Source of the DNA: Eledone cirrhosa
Taxonomy: Eukaryota
Reading direction: 5' to 3'
Length of the DNA stretch: 64,000 bases
Assembly: GCA_964016885.1 (NCBI GenBank)
Contig: OZ024744.1
Coordinates: 118,668,001-118,732,000 of the forward strand
This document shows, piece by piece, positions 25,301-36,710 of this stretch (its first letter is position 1; the number at the start of each line of letters is the position of its first letter). The notes beneath the pieces are model-generated. The model was not told the DNA's origin. It searched no databases and saw only the letters and a list, made by a program, of their open reading frames with translations. The translations under genes and the position numbers were made by a program.

Positions 25301-28300
25301 TTTTGTTGTGGAACCTACATGACCTCTTTAGAGTGTGTACTGGGTACTTTTTGTCATGACACCTACATGACCTCTTTTGAGTGTGTACTGGGTACTTTTT
25401 GTTGTGACACCTACATGACCACTTTACAGTGTGTACTGGATACTTTTTGTTGTGACACCTACATGACCACTTTACAGTGTGTACTGGCTACTTTTTGTTG
25501 TGACACATACACTACCACTTTACAGTGTGTACTGGGTACTTTTTGTCATGACACCTACATGACCTCTTTTGAGTGTGTACTGGCTACTTTTTGTCATGAC
25601 ACCTACATGACCACTTTACAGTGTGTACTGGCTACTTTTTGTTGTGACACCTACATGACCACTTTACAATGTGAACTGGGTACTTTTTGTTGTGGAACCT
25701 ACATGACCTCTTTAGAGTGTGTACTGGGTACTTTTTGTTGTGACACCTACATGACCACTTTACAGTGTGTACTGGGTACTTGTTGTTGTGACACCTACAT
25801 GACCACTTTACAGTGTGTACTAAATACTTTTTGTTGTGACACCTACTTGACCACTTTACAGTGTGTACTGGGTACTTTTTGTCATGACACCTACATGACC
25901 ACTTTACAGTGTGTACTGGGTACTTTTTGTTGTGGAAACTACATGACCTCTTTACAGTGTGTACTGGGTACTTTTTGTCATGACACCTACATGACCTCTT
26001 TAGAGTGTGTACTGGGTACTTTTTGTTGTGACACCTACATGACCACTTTACAGTGTGTACTGGGTACTTGTTGTTGTGACACCTACATGACCACTTTACA
26101 GTGTGTCCTGGGTACTTTTTGTTGTGACACCTACATGACCACTTTACAGTGTGTACTGGGTACTTTTTGTTGAGACACCTACATGACCACTTTACAGTGT
26201 GTACTGGGTACTTTTTGTTGTGACACCTACATGACAACTTTACAATGTGTACTGAATACCTTTTGTTGTGACACCTACTTGACCACTTTACAGTGTGTAC
26301 TGGGTACTTTTTCTCATGACACCTACATGACCACTTTACAGTGTGTACTGGGTACTTTTTGTCATGACACCTACATGACCACTTTACAGTGTGTACTGGC
26401 TACTTTTTCTTGTGACACCTACATGACCACTTTACAGTGTGTACAGGCTACTTTTTGTTGTGACACCTACATGACCACTTTACAGTGTGTACTGGGTACT
26501 TTTTGTCATGACACCTACATGACCACTTTACAGTGTGTACTGGCTACTTTTTCTTGTGACACCTACATGACCACTTTACAGTGTGTACAGGCTACTTTTT
26601 GTTGTGACACCTACATGACCACTTTACAGTGTGTACTGGGTACTTTTTGTTGTGACACCTACATGACCACTTTACAGTGTGTACTGGGTACTTGTTGTTG
26701 TGACACCTACATGACCACTTTACAGTGTGTACAGGCTACTTTTTGTTGTGACACCTACATGACCACTTTACAGTGTGTACTGGGTACTTTTTGTTGAGAC
26801 ACCTACATGACAACTTTACAATGTGTACTAAATACTTTTTGTTGTGACACCTACTTGACCACTTTACAGTGTGTACTGGGTACTTTTTGTCATGACACCT
26901 ACATGACCACTTTGCAGTGTGTACTGGGTACTTTTTGTTGTGGAACCTACATGACCTCTTTACAGTGTGTACTGGGTACTTTTTGTCATGACACCTACAT
27001 GACCACTTTACAATGTGTATTGGGTACTTTTTGTTGTGGAACCTACATGACCTCTTTACAGTGTGTACTGGGTACTTTTTGTCATGACACCTACATGACC
27101 ACTTTACAGTGTGTACTGGCTACTTTTTGTTGCGACACCTACATGACCACTTTACAGTGTGTACAGGCTACTTTTTGTTGTGACACCTACATGACCACTT
27201 TACAGTGTGTACTGGGTACTTTTTGTCATGACACCTACATGACCACTTTGCAGCGTGCACTGGGTACCTTTTGTCATGACACCTACATGACCTCTTTACA
27301 GTGTGTACTGGGTACTTTTTGTTGTGACACCTACATGACCACTTTACAATGTGTACTGGGTACTTTTTGTTGTGACACCTACATGACCACTTTACAATGT
27401 GTACTGGGTACTTTTTGTTGTGGAACCTACATGACCTCTTTACAGTGTGTACTGGGTACTTTTTGTCATGACACCTACATGACCTCTTTTGAGTGTGTAC
27501 TGGGTACTTTTTGTTGTGACACCTACATGACCACTTTACAGTGTGTACTGGATACTTTTTGTTGTGACACCTACATGACCACTTTACAGTGTGTACTGGC
27601 TACTTTTTGTTGTGACACTTACACTACCACTTTACAGTGTGTACTGGGTACTTTTTGTCATGACACCTACATGACCTCTTTTGAGTGTGTACTGGGTACT
27701 TTTTGTCATGACACCTACATGACCACTTTACAGTGTGTACTGGCTACTTTTTGTTGTGACACCTACATGACCACTTTACAATGTGAACTGGGTACTTTTT
27801 GTTGTGGAACCTACATGACCTCTTTAGAGTGTGTACTGGGTACTTTTTGTTGTGACACCTACATGACCACTTTACAGTGTGTACTGGGTACTTGTTGTTG
27901 TGACACCTACATGACCACTTTACAGTGTGTACTGGGTACTTTTTGTTGTGACACCTACATGACCACTTTACAGTGTGTACTGGGTACTTGTTGTTGTGAC
28001 ACCTACATGACCACTTTACAGTGTGTACTAAATACTTTTTGTTGTGACACCTACTTGACCACTTTACAGTGTGTACTGGGTACTTTTTGTCATGACACCT
28101 ACATGACCACTTTACAGTGTGTACTGGGTACTTTTTGTTGTGGAACCTACATGACCTCTTTACAGTGTGTACTGGGTACTTTTTGTCATGACACCTACAT
28201 GACCTCTTTAGAGTGTGTACTGGGTACTTTTTGTTGTGACACCTACATGACCACTTTACAGTGTGTACTGGGTACTTTTTGTTGTGACACCTACATGACC

Positions 28301-29986
28301 ACTTTACAGTGTGTACTGGGTACTTTTTGTTGTGACACCTACATGACCACTTTACAGTGTGTACTGGGTACTTTTTGTTGAGACACCTACATGACCACTT
28401 TACAGTGTAGACTGGGTACTTTTTGTTGTGACACCTACATGACAACTTTACAATGTGTACTGAATACTTTTTGTTGTGACACCTACTTGACCACTTTACA
28501 GTGTGTACTGGGTACTTTTTGTCATGACACCTACATGACCACTTTACAGTGTGTACTGGGTACTTTTTGTCATGACACCTACATGACCACTTTACAGTGT
28601 GTACTGGCTACTTTTTCTTGTGACACCTACATGACCACTTTACAGTGTGTACAGGCTACTTTTTGTTGTGACACCTACATGACCACTTTACAGTGTGTAC
28701 TGGGTACTTTTTGTTGTGACACCTACATGACCACTTTACAATGTGTACTGGGTACTTTTTGTTGTGGAACCTACATGACCTCTTTACAGTGTGTACTGGG
28801 TACTTTTTGTCATGACACCTACATGACCTCTTTAGAGTGTGTACTGGGTACTTTTTGTTGTGACACCTACATGACCACTTTACAGTGTGTACTGGGTACT
28901 TTTTGTCATGACACCTACATGACCACTTTACAGTGTGTACTGGCTACTTTTTGTTGTGACACCTACATGACCACTTTACAGTGTGTACTGGATACTTTTT
29001 GTTGTGACACCTACATGACCACTTTACAGTGTGTACTGGCTACTTTTTGTTGTGACACTTACACTACCACTTTACAGTGTGTACTGGGTACTTTTTGTCA
29101 TGACACCTACATGACCACTTTACAGTGTGTACTGGGTACTTTTTGTTGTGACACCTACATGACCACGTTACAGTGTGTACTGGGTACTTTTTGTTGTGAC
29201 ACCTACATGACCACTTTACAGTGTGTACTGGGTACCTTTTGTTGTGACACCTACATGACCACATTACAGTGTGTACTGGGTACCTTTTGTTGTGACACCT
29301 ACATGACCACTTTACAGTGTGTACTGGGTACTTGTTGTTGCGACACCTACATGACCACTTTACAGTGTGTACTGGGTACTTTTTGTTGTGACACCTATAT
29401 AACCACTTTACAGTGTGTACTGGGTACTTTTTGTCATGACACCTACATGACCACTTTACAGTGTGTACTGGGTACTTTTTGTTGTGACACCTACATGACC
29501 ACTTTACAGTCTGTTCTGGGTACTTTTTGTCATGACACCTACATGACCACTTTACAGTGTGTACTGGGTACTTTTTGTTGTAACACCTACATGACCACTT
29601 TACAGTGTGTACTGGGTACATTTTGTTGTGACACCTACATGACCACCTTACAGTGTGGACTGGGTACTTTTTGTTGTGACACCTATATAACCACTTTACA
29701 GTGTGTACTGGGTACTTTTTGTCATGACACCTACATGACCACTTTACAGTGTGTACTGGGTACTTTTTGTTGTGACACCTACATGACCACTTTACAGTCT
29801 GTACTGGGTACTTTTTGTCATGACACCTACATGACCACTTTACAGTGTGTACTGGGTACTTTTTGTTGTAACACCTACATGACCACTTTACAGTTTGCAC
29901 TGGGTACATTTTGTTGTGACACCTACATGACCACCTTACAGTGTGGACTGGGTACTTTTTGTTGTGACACCTACGTGACCACTTTA
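22341..29986. repeat. 48-bp minisatellite, ~159 copies, with higher-order structure
   Basis: Monomer ACCACTTTACAGTGTGTACTGGGTACTTTTTGTTGTGACACCTACATG, highly homogeneous; the long ORFs are 16-codon periodic readings. Confidence 0.98.
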
Positions 29987-30019
29987 TGTGTATATATATA
30001 CACACATAATATATATATA

Positions 30020-31148
30020 AATGCAAAGTATGGGTGCATAAAAGATGTAGTGGGATCACAGGTAAGCTAACTAAGAACATAGATTTTACATGTGGCCGGT
30101 GCTCTGGTGCAATAAGTAGCAGCAAGTGCCCACAGAATACTAGCTCATTCCATTGCCCAGGTGGTTCTATAGAAATATGGACACCTTCCGTTACCTGGGT
30201 GACAAGATCAGCAGTGGTGTAGGGTGCTCTGAAAGTACAGTAGCTAGAGTCAGAATGGGATGGAAAAAGTTCAGAGAGCTTATACCACTATTGGCCGCGA
30301 AAGGTTTCTCTCTAAAAATGAAAGGCAGGCTGTATGATGCCTGCATACGAACAGCAATGTTACATGGCAGTGATACATGGGCCTTGTGTGCAGAGGATCT
30401 ATGCAGACTGGAGAGGAACGAAGCCTGCATGCTCCGTTGGGTGTGTAATAGTAATATATGTGAACGGCAAAGCATAAATGAACTAAGGGAGAAATTAGGA
30501 ATAAGAGGGATCAGATGTTGTTTACTCGAGAGAAGACTACGTTGGTATGGTCATGTGATGCACATGAAAGACGACAGCTGTATAAAAAAAGTGCAGGGCG
30601 ATAAAAATAGATGGTAGCCACGGAGTAGGCAGACCCAGAAAAACCTGGGGCGACTTGATAAATTCCGACCTCACACACTTACACCTCTCCAAGACAATGT
30701 CACTGGACCGAGATCTTTGGCGCTACACAGTAATATGGAAGACCCGCCTTGCCTAAGTACAAAGCGGAAGCTACAGTCAGTAGGCACCTCTTAACCAAAA
30801 TACACTCCCGTCCCACTAACCCTACCCGCACCGCCATTTACACCACCCCTTTCGATGTAAAGTTATGTTGGTACCACAACATCCAGTCCTAAATAAATGA
30901 GGTCGTGTAGGTGTCACGACAAAAAAACACACAGTCCACGCTGTAATGTAGCCGTGTAGGTAACATGGTAAAAACCTCCCAGTCCACACTGTAAACGTGG
31001 TTGGTGTTAGGAAGGGCATCCAGCCGTAGTAAACCCGCCAGACAGTCCTGAGCAAGACAACCAATCTTGCCTCAAGTGGGAAAATTCCCGTCCAAACCCA
31101 TGCAAGCATGGAAGATGGACGTTAAACGATGATGATGATGATGATGAT
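30020..31148 (+). mobile_element. 5'-truncated RTE LINE (subfamily B) starting within the PHD finger
   Basis: CKVWVHKRCSGITGKLTKNIDFTCGRC then TFRYLGDKI and GWKKFRELIPLL (ORF 30153-30617); 3' UTR; (GAT)n tail. Confidence 0.93.
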
Positions 31149-31265
31149 ATATATATATATAAAGAGAGAGAGAGAGAGAGGAGGGGGGGGGGGAAGAGAG
31201 AAAGAAAAGAAAACCCTAAAACCCAGTAAAACCTGGAATGTCAGTAGTGGTTCCATTATTGGATC

Positions 31266-31658
31266 TATAGCAAGCTACTTGCCTTTGGCGTATTTATAAA
31301 CTATGTGACCGTGATTTGGCTAAGTCAGGCCAATTATAAGCCGCGCACGGATATATATTCCAACTTCCGCCCAAACAATGCTTTTCCCGCTTCTTTTGTA
31401 TATACTCTCTGTTGCTGCTTGGACTTTGAAAGGAAAAGACCTTATTATGTAACGGTGTGATCTTCACTTTGGCTTGTCGGCCTTCTTAGGCCCGACACAA
31501 AGCCACATTCACTTCTTAACTCTTAGTTATTTATTCCTTTGTTCGACATTCCAGCTCAACTTTTGTAATTAGTTGTGAATACATGTAAAAATGTTATCGA
31601 AGACTTTACGACTAATTCCACAAACATTCGCTTCTCTCACACTTAACAAACTGTTACA
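31266..31658 (+). mobile_element. Solo LTR (same family as 15537-15935)
   Basis: TATAGC (decayed TGTAGC) start, GTTACA end; aligns with the reverse complement of 15537-15935. Confidence 0.6.
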
Positions 31659-32041
31659 TTAAGAACTGCTATACAAAAACCATACCTTTCCTGCAACAAC
31701 AAAAATACATATTAATATTATAATTATTATTATTGTTGTAATTATTCTTCTTCTGCTAAAGATCTTTCGAGATCTATCTCCCATATGATTGACACAAAAA
31801 ACCCCAGCTAAATAGCACTGACAAGCAAGTCGTGGAGATAACAGTCCACTACATCTCATACATAGGAGATGCTATCATTCTCTAGCATGTCAGGTCTCTC
31901 TTCAGCATATAGATACATACATTCTCCAATATGGCTGACTGAATACGCACGTATGTTTTTTCTCCCCAATTTCTTTTCTCATTTTCCCCGGTCCTTCCTC
32001 TCATCTTCTTTACTTTGTATTCATCTTTATTTCTAACTCTA

Positions 32042-32077
32042 TCTTCTGATGAAGGATTAGTGTTCGAAACGTTAAGA
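32042..32077 (+). ncRNA. Minimal type I hammerhead ribozyme motif (Penelope-type)
   Basis: TCTT-CTGATGA-AGGATTAGTGTTC-GAAAC-GTT-AAGA: core boxes present, stem I TCTT/AAGA, short stem II, palindromic ACGT stem III. Confidence 0.65.
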
Positions 32078-32552
32078 CTCTCTTCCTGCTATTTCAAGCA
32101 TTAAACTAATATATTTCTTCCCTGTACTGTGTTGTCTGTTTTATTATTACTGTTATTTCTTTCAGATATATTTGGAAAACTGGATGGATGTCTATGGTCT
32201 CAGCATAGTACTTCCATTGAGACAAAGTTAAAATTGTTTAATGCTTGTGTTGTGTCTTCTTTGCTATATGTACACACACACATATACACACACACACACA
32301 CCATCATCATCATTTTACGTCCCCTTTTCCCTGCTTGCAAGGGTGGGACACATATATACATATACATATATATATATATATCTACTCCTGACAGTAAATG
32401 TTTGTAGAGGCGATTCTCTGTAGACCAACCGCACTGCTATTTCTAGCATCCCTGTTGGCTTCCCTGTACCCTCACATACTACGTTTTGTGCATTCAAAAC
32501 CTGCTTTGAAAACATGGAGATGAGTCGTATTTTTGCGTCTAGTAAGATGAAA

Positions 32553-32627
32553 AATTCTACTGATGAATGAGTGGGTTTTCAATGCCTTTGCCATTCTGTT
32601 TTTCACGAAATAGTATTATATAGAATT
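32553..32627 (+). ncRNA. Type I hammerhead ribozyme motif
   Basis: AATTCTA-CTGATGA-ATGAG...TTCAC-GAAA-TAGTATTA-TA-TAGAATT: 7-bp stem I, near-palindromic stem III, AUA cleavage triplet; A-C mismatch at the first pair of stem II. Confidence 0.65.
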
Positions 32628-32943
32628 AAGAAATTTCGGAATGTTACCATTATAAGTTGTTTTTTACTTGCTATCCAACATCAAAATAATCGAAATTTTA
32701 CCTTCTATGTAAGTTTGACTTGCTATCTGATTTTTCTTTGGCAATGTGTGTGTGTATATATATATATGCATGTATATATATATTTATATACATGTGTGTG
32801 TATATGGATGGTAAGAATTGATCTTATAACATCTTTTCTCTCAGATATTCTTATACCATTGCACCTGTATAATTCTTACAAACATGCATAGTGTGTCTAT
32901 ACAATATCTTACCCATGCATGTTATATATAGGTGCAGATTTCA

Positions 32944-32980
<37 letters not shown>

Positions 32981-32983
<3 letters not shown>

Positions 32984-33615
32984 TATATCTAAGTCCAAAA
33001 TTAAGATAAATGAATTAAATGAATTTAATCTAAATCGAAATCATGGGTGTCATGACATAATGCATGCGCCATATATCCTGAGAATTTAAGCTCAAAGATA
33101 AATAAATCTGAGCATATTATAATAACTAGAGATTGATTAACATGTAAAAATACATGAATAATCACAGGAGATAATTTAAGCTTGCGTGTAACCGCGCATA
33201 GCTAGTTTAGGCAATATTTACCTTTAAGTGTGATTAACCTTCCTTGTATATATCCCATTAAAGAAATATATTTCACCAATTAATCAGATGGTAAGTCACG
33301 GAAAGTGGATATTATTGGATTGTCAACAAGGAAAGGGAAAATAACAGCTATCCGTGCTTACAGAGCGAGATCAAGTCTTCAACTATCCGTCACCACGTGT
33401 TGCGTACACACAAGATAGCGGTTTCGTTTCAGGTATTCGACAACTAGAAACAGCAGTCAAATTCTTCTCAACAGAAATAGCTCAACAATTAAGGAGCCGT
33501 ATATATATATCTAAGTCCAAAATTAAGATAAATGAATTAAATGAACGATGCTTATTCTTCACTCCTTCATTATATATATATATATATATATATAATGAAG
33601 GAGTGAAGAATAAGC
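32981..33615. repeat. ~520-bp unit with 43-bp terminal direct repeats plus a tail-to-tail palindrome across (AT)n; Penelope-like remnant
   Basis: ATATATATCTAAGTCCAAAATTAAGATAAATGAATTAAATGAA at 32981 and 33503; body homologous to 16750-17450; GCTTATTCTTCACTCCTTCAT(AT)nATGAAGGAGTGAAGAATAAGC at 33550-33615. Confidence 0.65.
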
Positions 33616-33619
33616 AGCG

Positions 33620-35455
33620 AGGGAGCTGATTGATGAACGAAAGAAGGCAGAAGTTCAGTGAGATTCTGTGAGATCGGAGGAAGACGAAGGGAAAAGAGAT
33701 GCTGTATACTGCCAAATTGACCGACTAGTAAAGTGAAGGTGTGGGACAGATGGTGAGGGAGTTGATGGGGCTGTCGGGTGGTGCCATATGGTGAGGGAGT
33801 TGACGGGGCTGTCGAGTGGTGCCACATGGTGAGGGAGTTGACGGGAGTGTCGAGTGGTGCCCCATGGTGAGGGAGTGTCGGGTGATGCCACATGGTGAGG
33901 GAGTGTCGGGTGGTGCCCCATGGTGAGGGAGTGCCGGGTGGTGCCACATGGTGAGGGAGTGTCGGGTGGTGCCCCATGGTAAGGGAGTGTCGGGTGGTGC
34001 CCCATGGTGAGGGATGCGACGGGAGTGTCGGATGGTGCCCCATGGTGAGGGAGTGTCAGGTGGTGCCACATGGTGAGGGAGTTGTCGGGTGGTGCCAGAT
34101 GGTGAGGGGGTTGACGGGAATGTCAGGTGGTACCAACATACCAGTGAAGGACAAAAATAACAAGACATTGACCACTGGAGCAGGACTGCCAAAGATAGGA
34201 AACCTGGCTGACTGCAACAACTGGTGCTGTCAGTCTCAGGCAACGTGTTCTGCATTATGCTGCTGCGTCGACTCCGGCAGGTTGTTGACTCTGTATACCG
34301 GGAAGAACAAGCCGGATTCCGAAACAACAGATCTTGCACAGAACAGATCTTCACACTACGTAACATCCTCGAACAATGTGTTGAACTCTAGCACCCTTTG
34401 GCAGTCAACTTCATTGATTTCCAGAAGACATTTGACAATGTGCATCGGGAATCGATGTGTAATATCGCTCATTCGTATGGCATTACTGCAAGATTGATTG
34501 CCCTTTTCAAGGCCCTGTACACAAACTCCAGCTGCTGCATGAAAGCTGAGTCTGGTGTGATGGAATTCTTTGACATTGTCTCCGGAGTCAGGCGGAGTTG
34601 CATTTTCTCTCTGTTGCTGTTCCTGTTGGCAGCCGATTTCATTCTAAGGCAAATAGAGGAATGACTCGGTCAAGGAATCCCATGGAGAGGCCAGGAGAGG
34701 CTGAGGAACATTGCTTTGATCGCTGAAGACTGTAGAGATCTGCAGGCTCTAACAACATCATTGCAAGAGAGTGCAGAAGAGATCGGCCTGAGAATCAACA
34801 CCAAAAAGACCAAGGTGATGAGGACAGCCAACACAGGTCCAGCAATCAGAGTCACACCAGCATGACCTGGTAGAAGTTGATCAATTCACCTATCTGGGCA
34901 GCATCCTGGCAACGTGGAGCTCAACATCAATTGTCAGATCAGCAAAAGAGCTACAGTTGCACCCAGTCTGGTCGTCTTCATGCATCAGCACCAGGATCAA
35001 GCTGCACCTGTACAAGAACATCATGCTGCTGGTAGTGCTTTACTTGAGTGAAACCTGGAAGAGCACAGCAAATACAGAGAAACTGTTGAACACATTCCAC
35101 CAGCAGTACCTGCGAATGATCCTTCGTGTGTCGTGGTGAGACAAAGTGTGAAACGAGGAAATCCTGCGGAGAGCTGAATCGTGTAAGCTACAGAGGATGG
35201 TTGCAGAGCACCGGTACCACCTGGCTGAACATATTCTGCCCCTGCCCGACGAACGACACTAGAAAACAGCTATCAACCGGACTCCACCTGGCAGCAAACG
35301 TGGGTGGGGTTGCCCCAGAATCACCTGGTGACGGTCGTTCTGAAAAGACCTGATGGCAGCCAACATTACTTGGCACGGATGCGAAAAAGCCGTCGCTGAT
35401 CGTGACTGTTGGCGAGTATTTACTGCTCGATGAAGAACCTAAGACTAAGACTAAG
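33620..35455 (+). mobile_element. Decayed RTE (BovB-like) LINE RT region with (CTAAGA)n tail
   Basis: PKIGNLADCNNW, VNFIDFQKTFDNVHR, SGVRRSCI, VDQFTYLG, LYLSETW motifs; CTAAGACTAAGACTAAG tail. Confidence 0.85.
33749..34132. repeat. G-rich 28/38-bp minisatellite inside the LINE RT
   Basis: CATGGTGAGGGAGTGTCGGGTGGTGCCC with period 28 (CATGG at 33863, 33891, 33919, 33947); 38-bp variants carry an extra TTGACGGG segment. Confidence 0.9.
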
Positions 35456-35507
35456 TATAGATAATGACATTAAAAATAGTGAGATGTAAAACAATAAGAT
35501 AAAAATC

Positions 35508-36600
35508 ATGTGGGGCTGCCGTGGGAGGGAGATGGGTGAAAGTTGGGTGACGCCTGACTGGAAGCTTGAGGACAAGTGATGTCACATGAGTGTTTATGGG
35601 CTACTCTCTGGGGCCCTTGTGCTAGCAGTTCATGTGGTGTGCAGACGTGTTGTGTGGACACAGACTGAGTTGGATGTACCACACGTGGACTAGAACAACC
35701 TGGCCCAAAGTGATTCGAAGAGACAAGGTAAGTCCAAATGCCTCCAGCTATTTTGGTGTTTAAAGAATTTTCCAATCATTCAACATTCTTACTACCGGCA
35801 GCGCTTTTCTTTTTCTCTTTCTTGGGGTATTGTTGACTTTTACAATCTTGCAGGGGAGGTGGCGGCGAAATTGAGAATGGGTAGCGAGGCGATCAAAGCC
35901 TTTAACAGTGAAGGAGATGTCGTCACCTGGTTGAGAAAAGCTAGATTTGTTGCCTCGCTGCAAGGTATTGACAACGTGACTGGCTTAATCGCTTTATATC
36001 TCGATGGAGATGCACTGTCATTATACTTCAAGATGGATGAGAGAGATCAACTGAATGCGGAGAAGATAGGGCAATGGCTTAAGGAAGTGTTCACCGAGGG
36101 ACCGTATGCTGCTTTTGCCAAGCTAAGCAGAGTGAGATTGAAGAGAGAACATGTGGACGTATTTGCAGTGGAATTACTGTGGTTGGCTACATTGACTGGA
36201 TTTGTGGCATTTGTGAACGGGTTCTCTGAGGAGATTTTAGTGAGGCTCCAACAGCTGACTGGCAACAGAGAGATGAGCATGAGCGAGCTAATCGTGCATA
36301 GCTGCGTAGTAACACAGGACAGGAGGTGGAATGTTGCAGCGCTGGCAGTGACGGAAGCCCATGGCAGTCGACAGCGACCGACGTATGACGAAAGGAGATC
36401 AGCCACTGTGAATAGTTGTCTGCGTGCATTTGGAGGGCAGTGTTTCAGGTCACACATGGCAAGCGACTGCAGAGAGCCGAAGCCAGCCATAATCTGCTAC
36501 CGATGCAAGCGGCTAGGCCACATCGCCAATAATTGCAACCACGGAAATGGTCCAGTGGGGCCTGGGCGTTTTTGACTTGGAAATGGGGGAGGGGCAATTG
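35508..36600 (+). mobile_element. Gypsy-like gag remnant with probable 5' LTR; pol absent
   Basis: ORF 35859-36575: EGDVVTWLRKA...LYLDGDALSLY and zinc knuckle CYRCKRLGHIANNC; purine tract AAATGGGGGAGGGG after it; LTR limits uncertain. Confidence 0.8.
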
Positions 36601-36710
36601 TGGACATGAGTAATAGGGGAGGTATGATTACTGAAAAGGGAGGTGAATGGGAGGGGAGAAGGTTGAGGAAGGCGTTGCCTACTAGGTATAAGTCTCAGCT
36701 TGAGATAAAT

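Noticed and set aside
24683-28381. In-frame TGA at Cys positions as selenocysteine codons
   Set aside because: They are single TGT-to-TGA changes propagated by block duplication; no evidence of coding or of a SECIS
22341-29986. CRISPR array (also considered for 1-11418 and 44902-48552)
   Set aside because: No unique spacers, no cas genes, eukaryotic context
22338-30125. Long Cys/Thr-rich ORFs (YMTTLQCVLGTFCCDT)n and antisense (HNKKYPVHTVKWSCRC)n as a metallothionein-like or structural protein
   Set aside because: A 48-bp stop-free unit gives long ORFs automatically; variants are largely non-synonymous, there is a frameshift near 22805 and four in-frame TGA, no signal peptide, and the unit derives from a LINE UTR
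33570-34497. His/Pro-rich ORFs
   Set aside because: Readings of the 28-bp minisatellite and adjacent LINE
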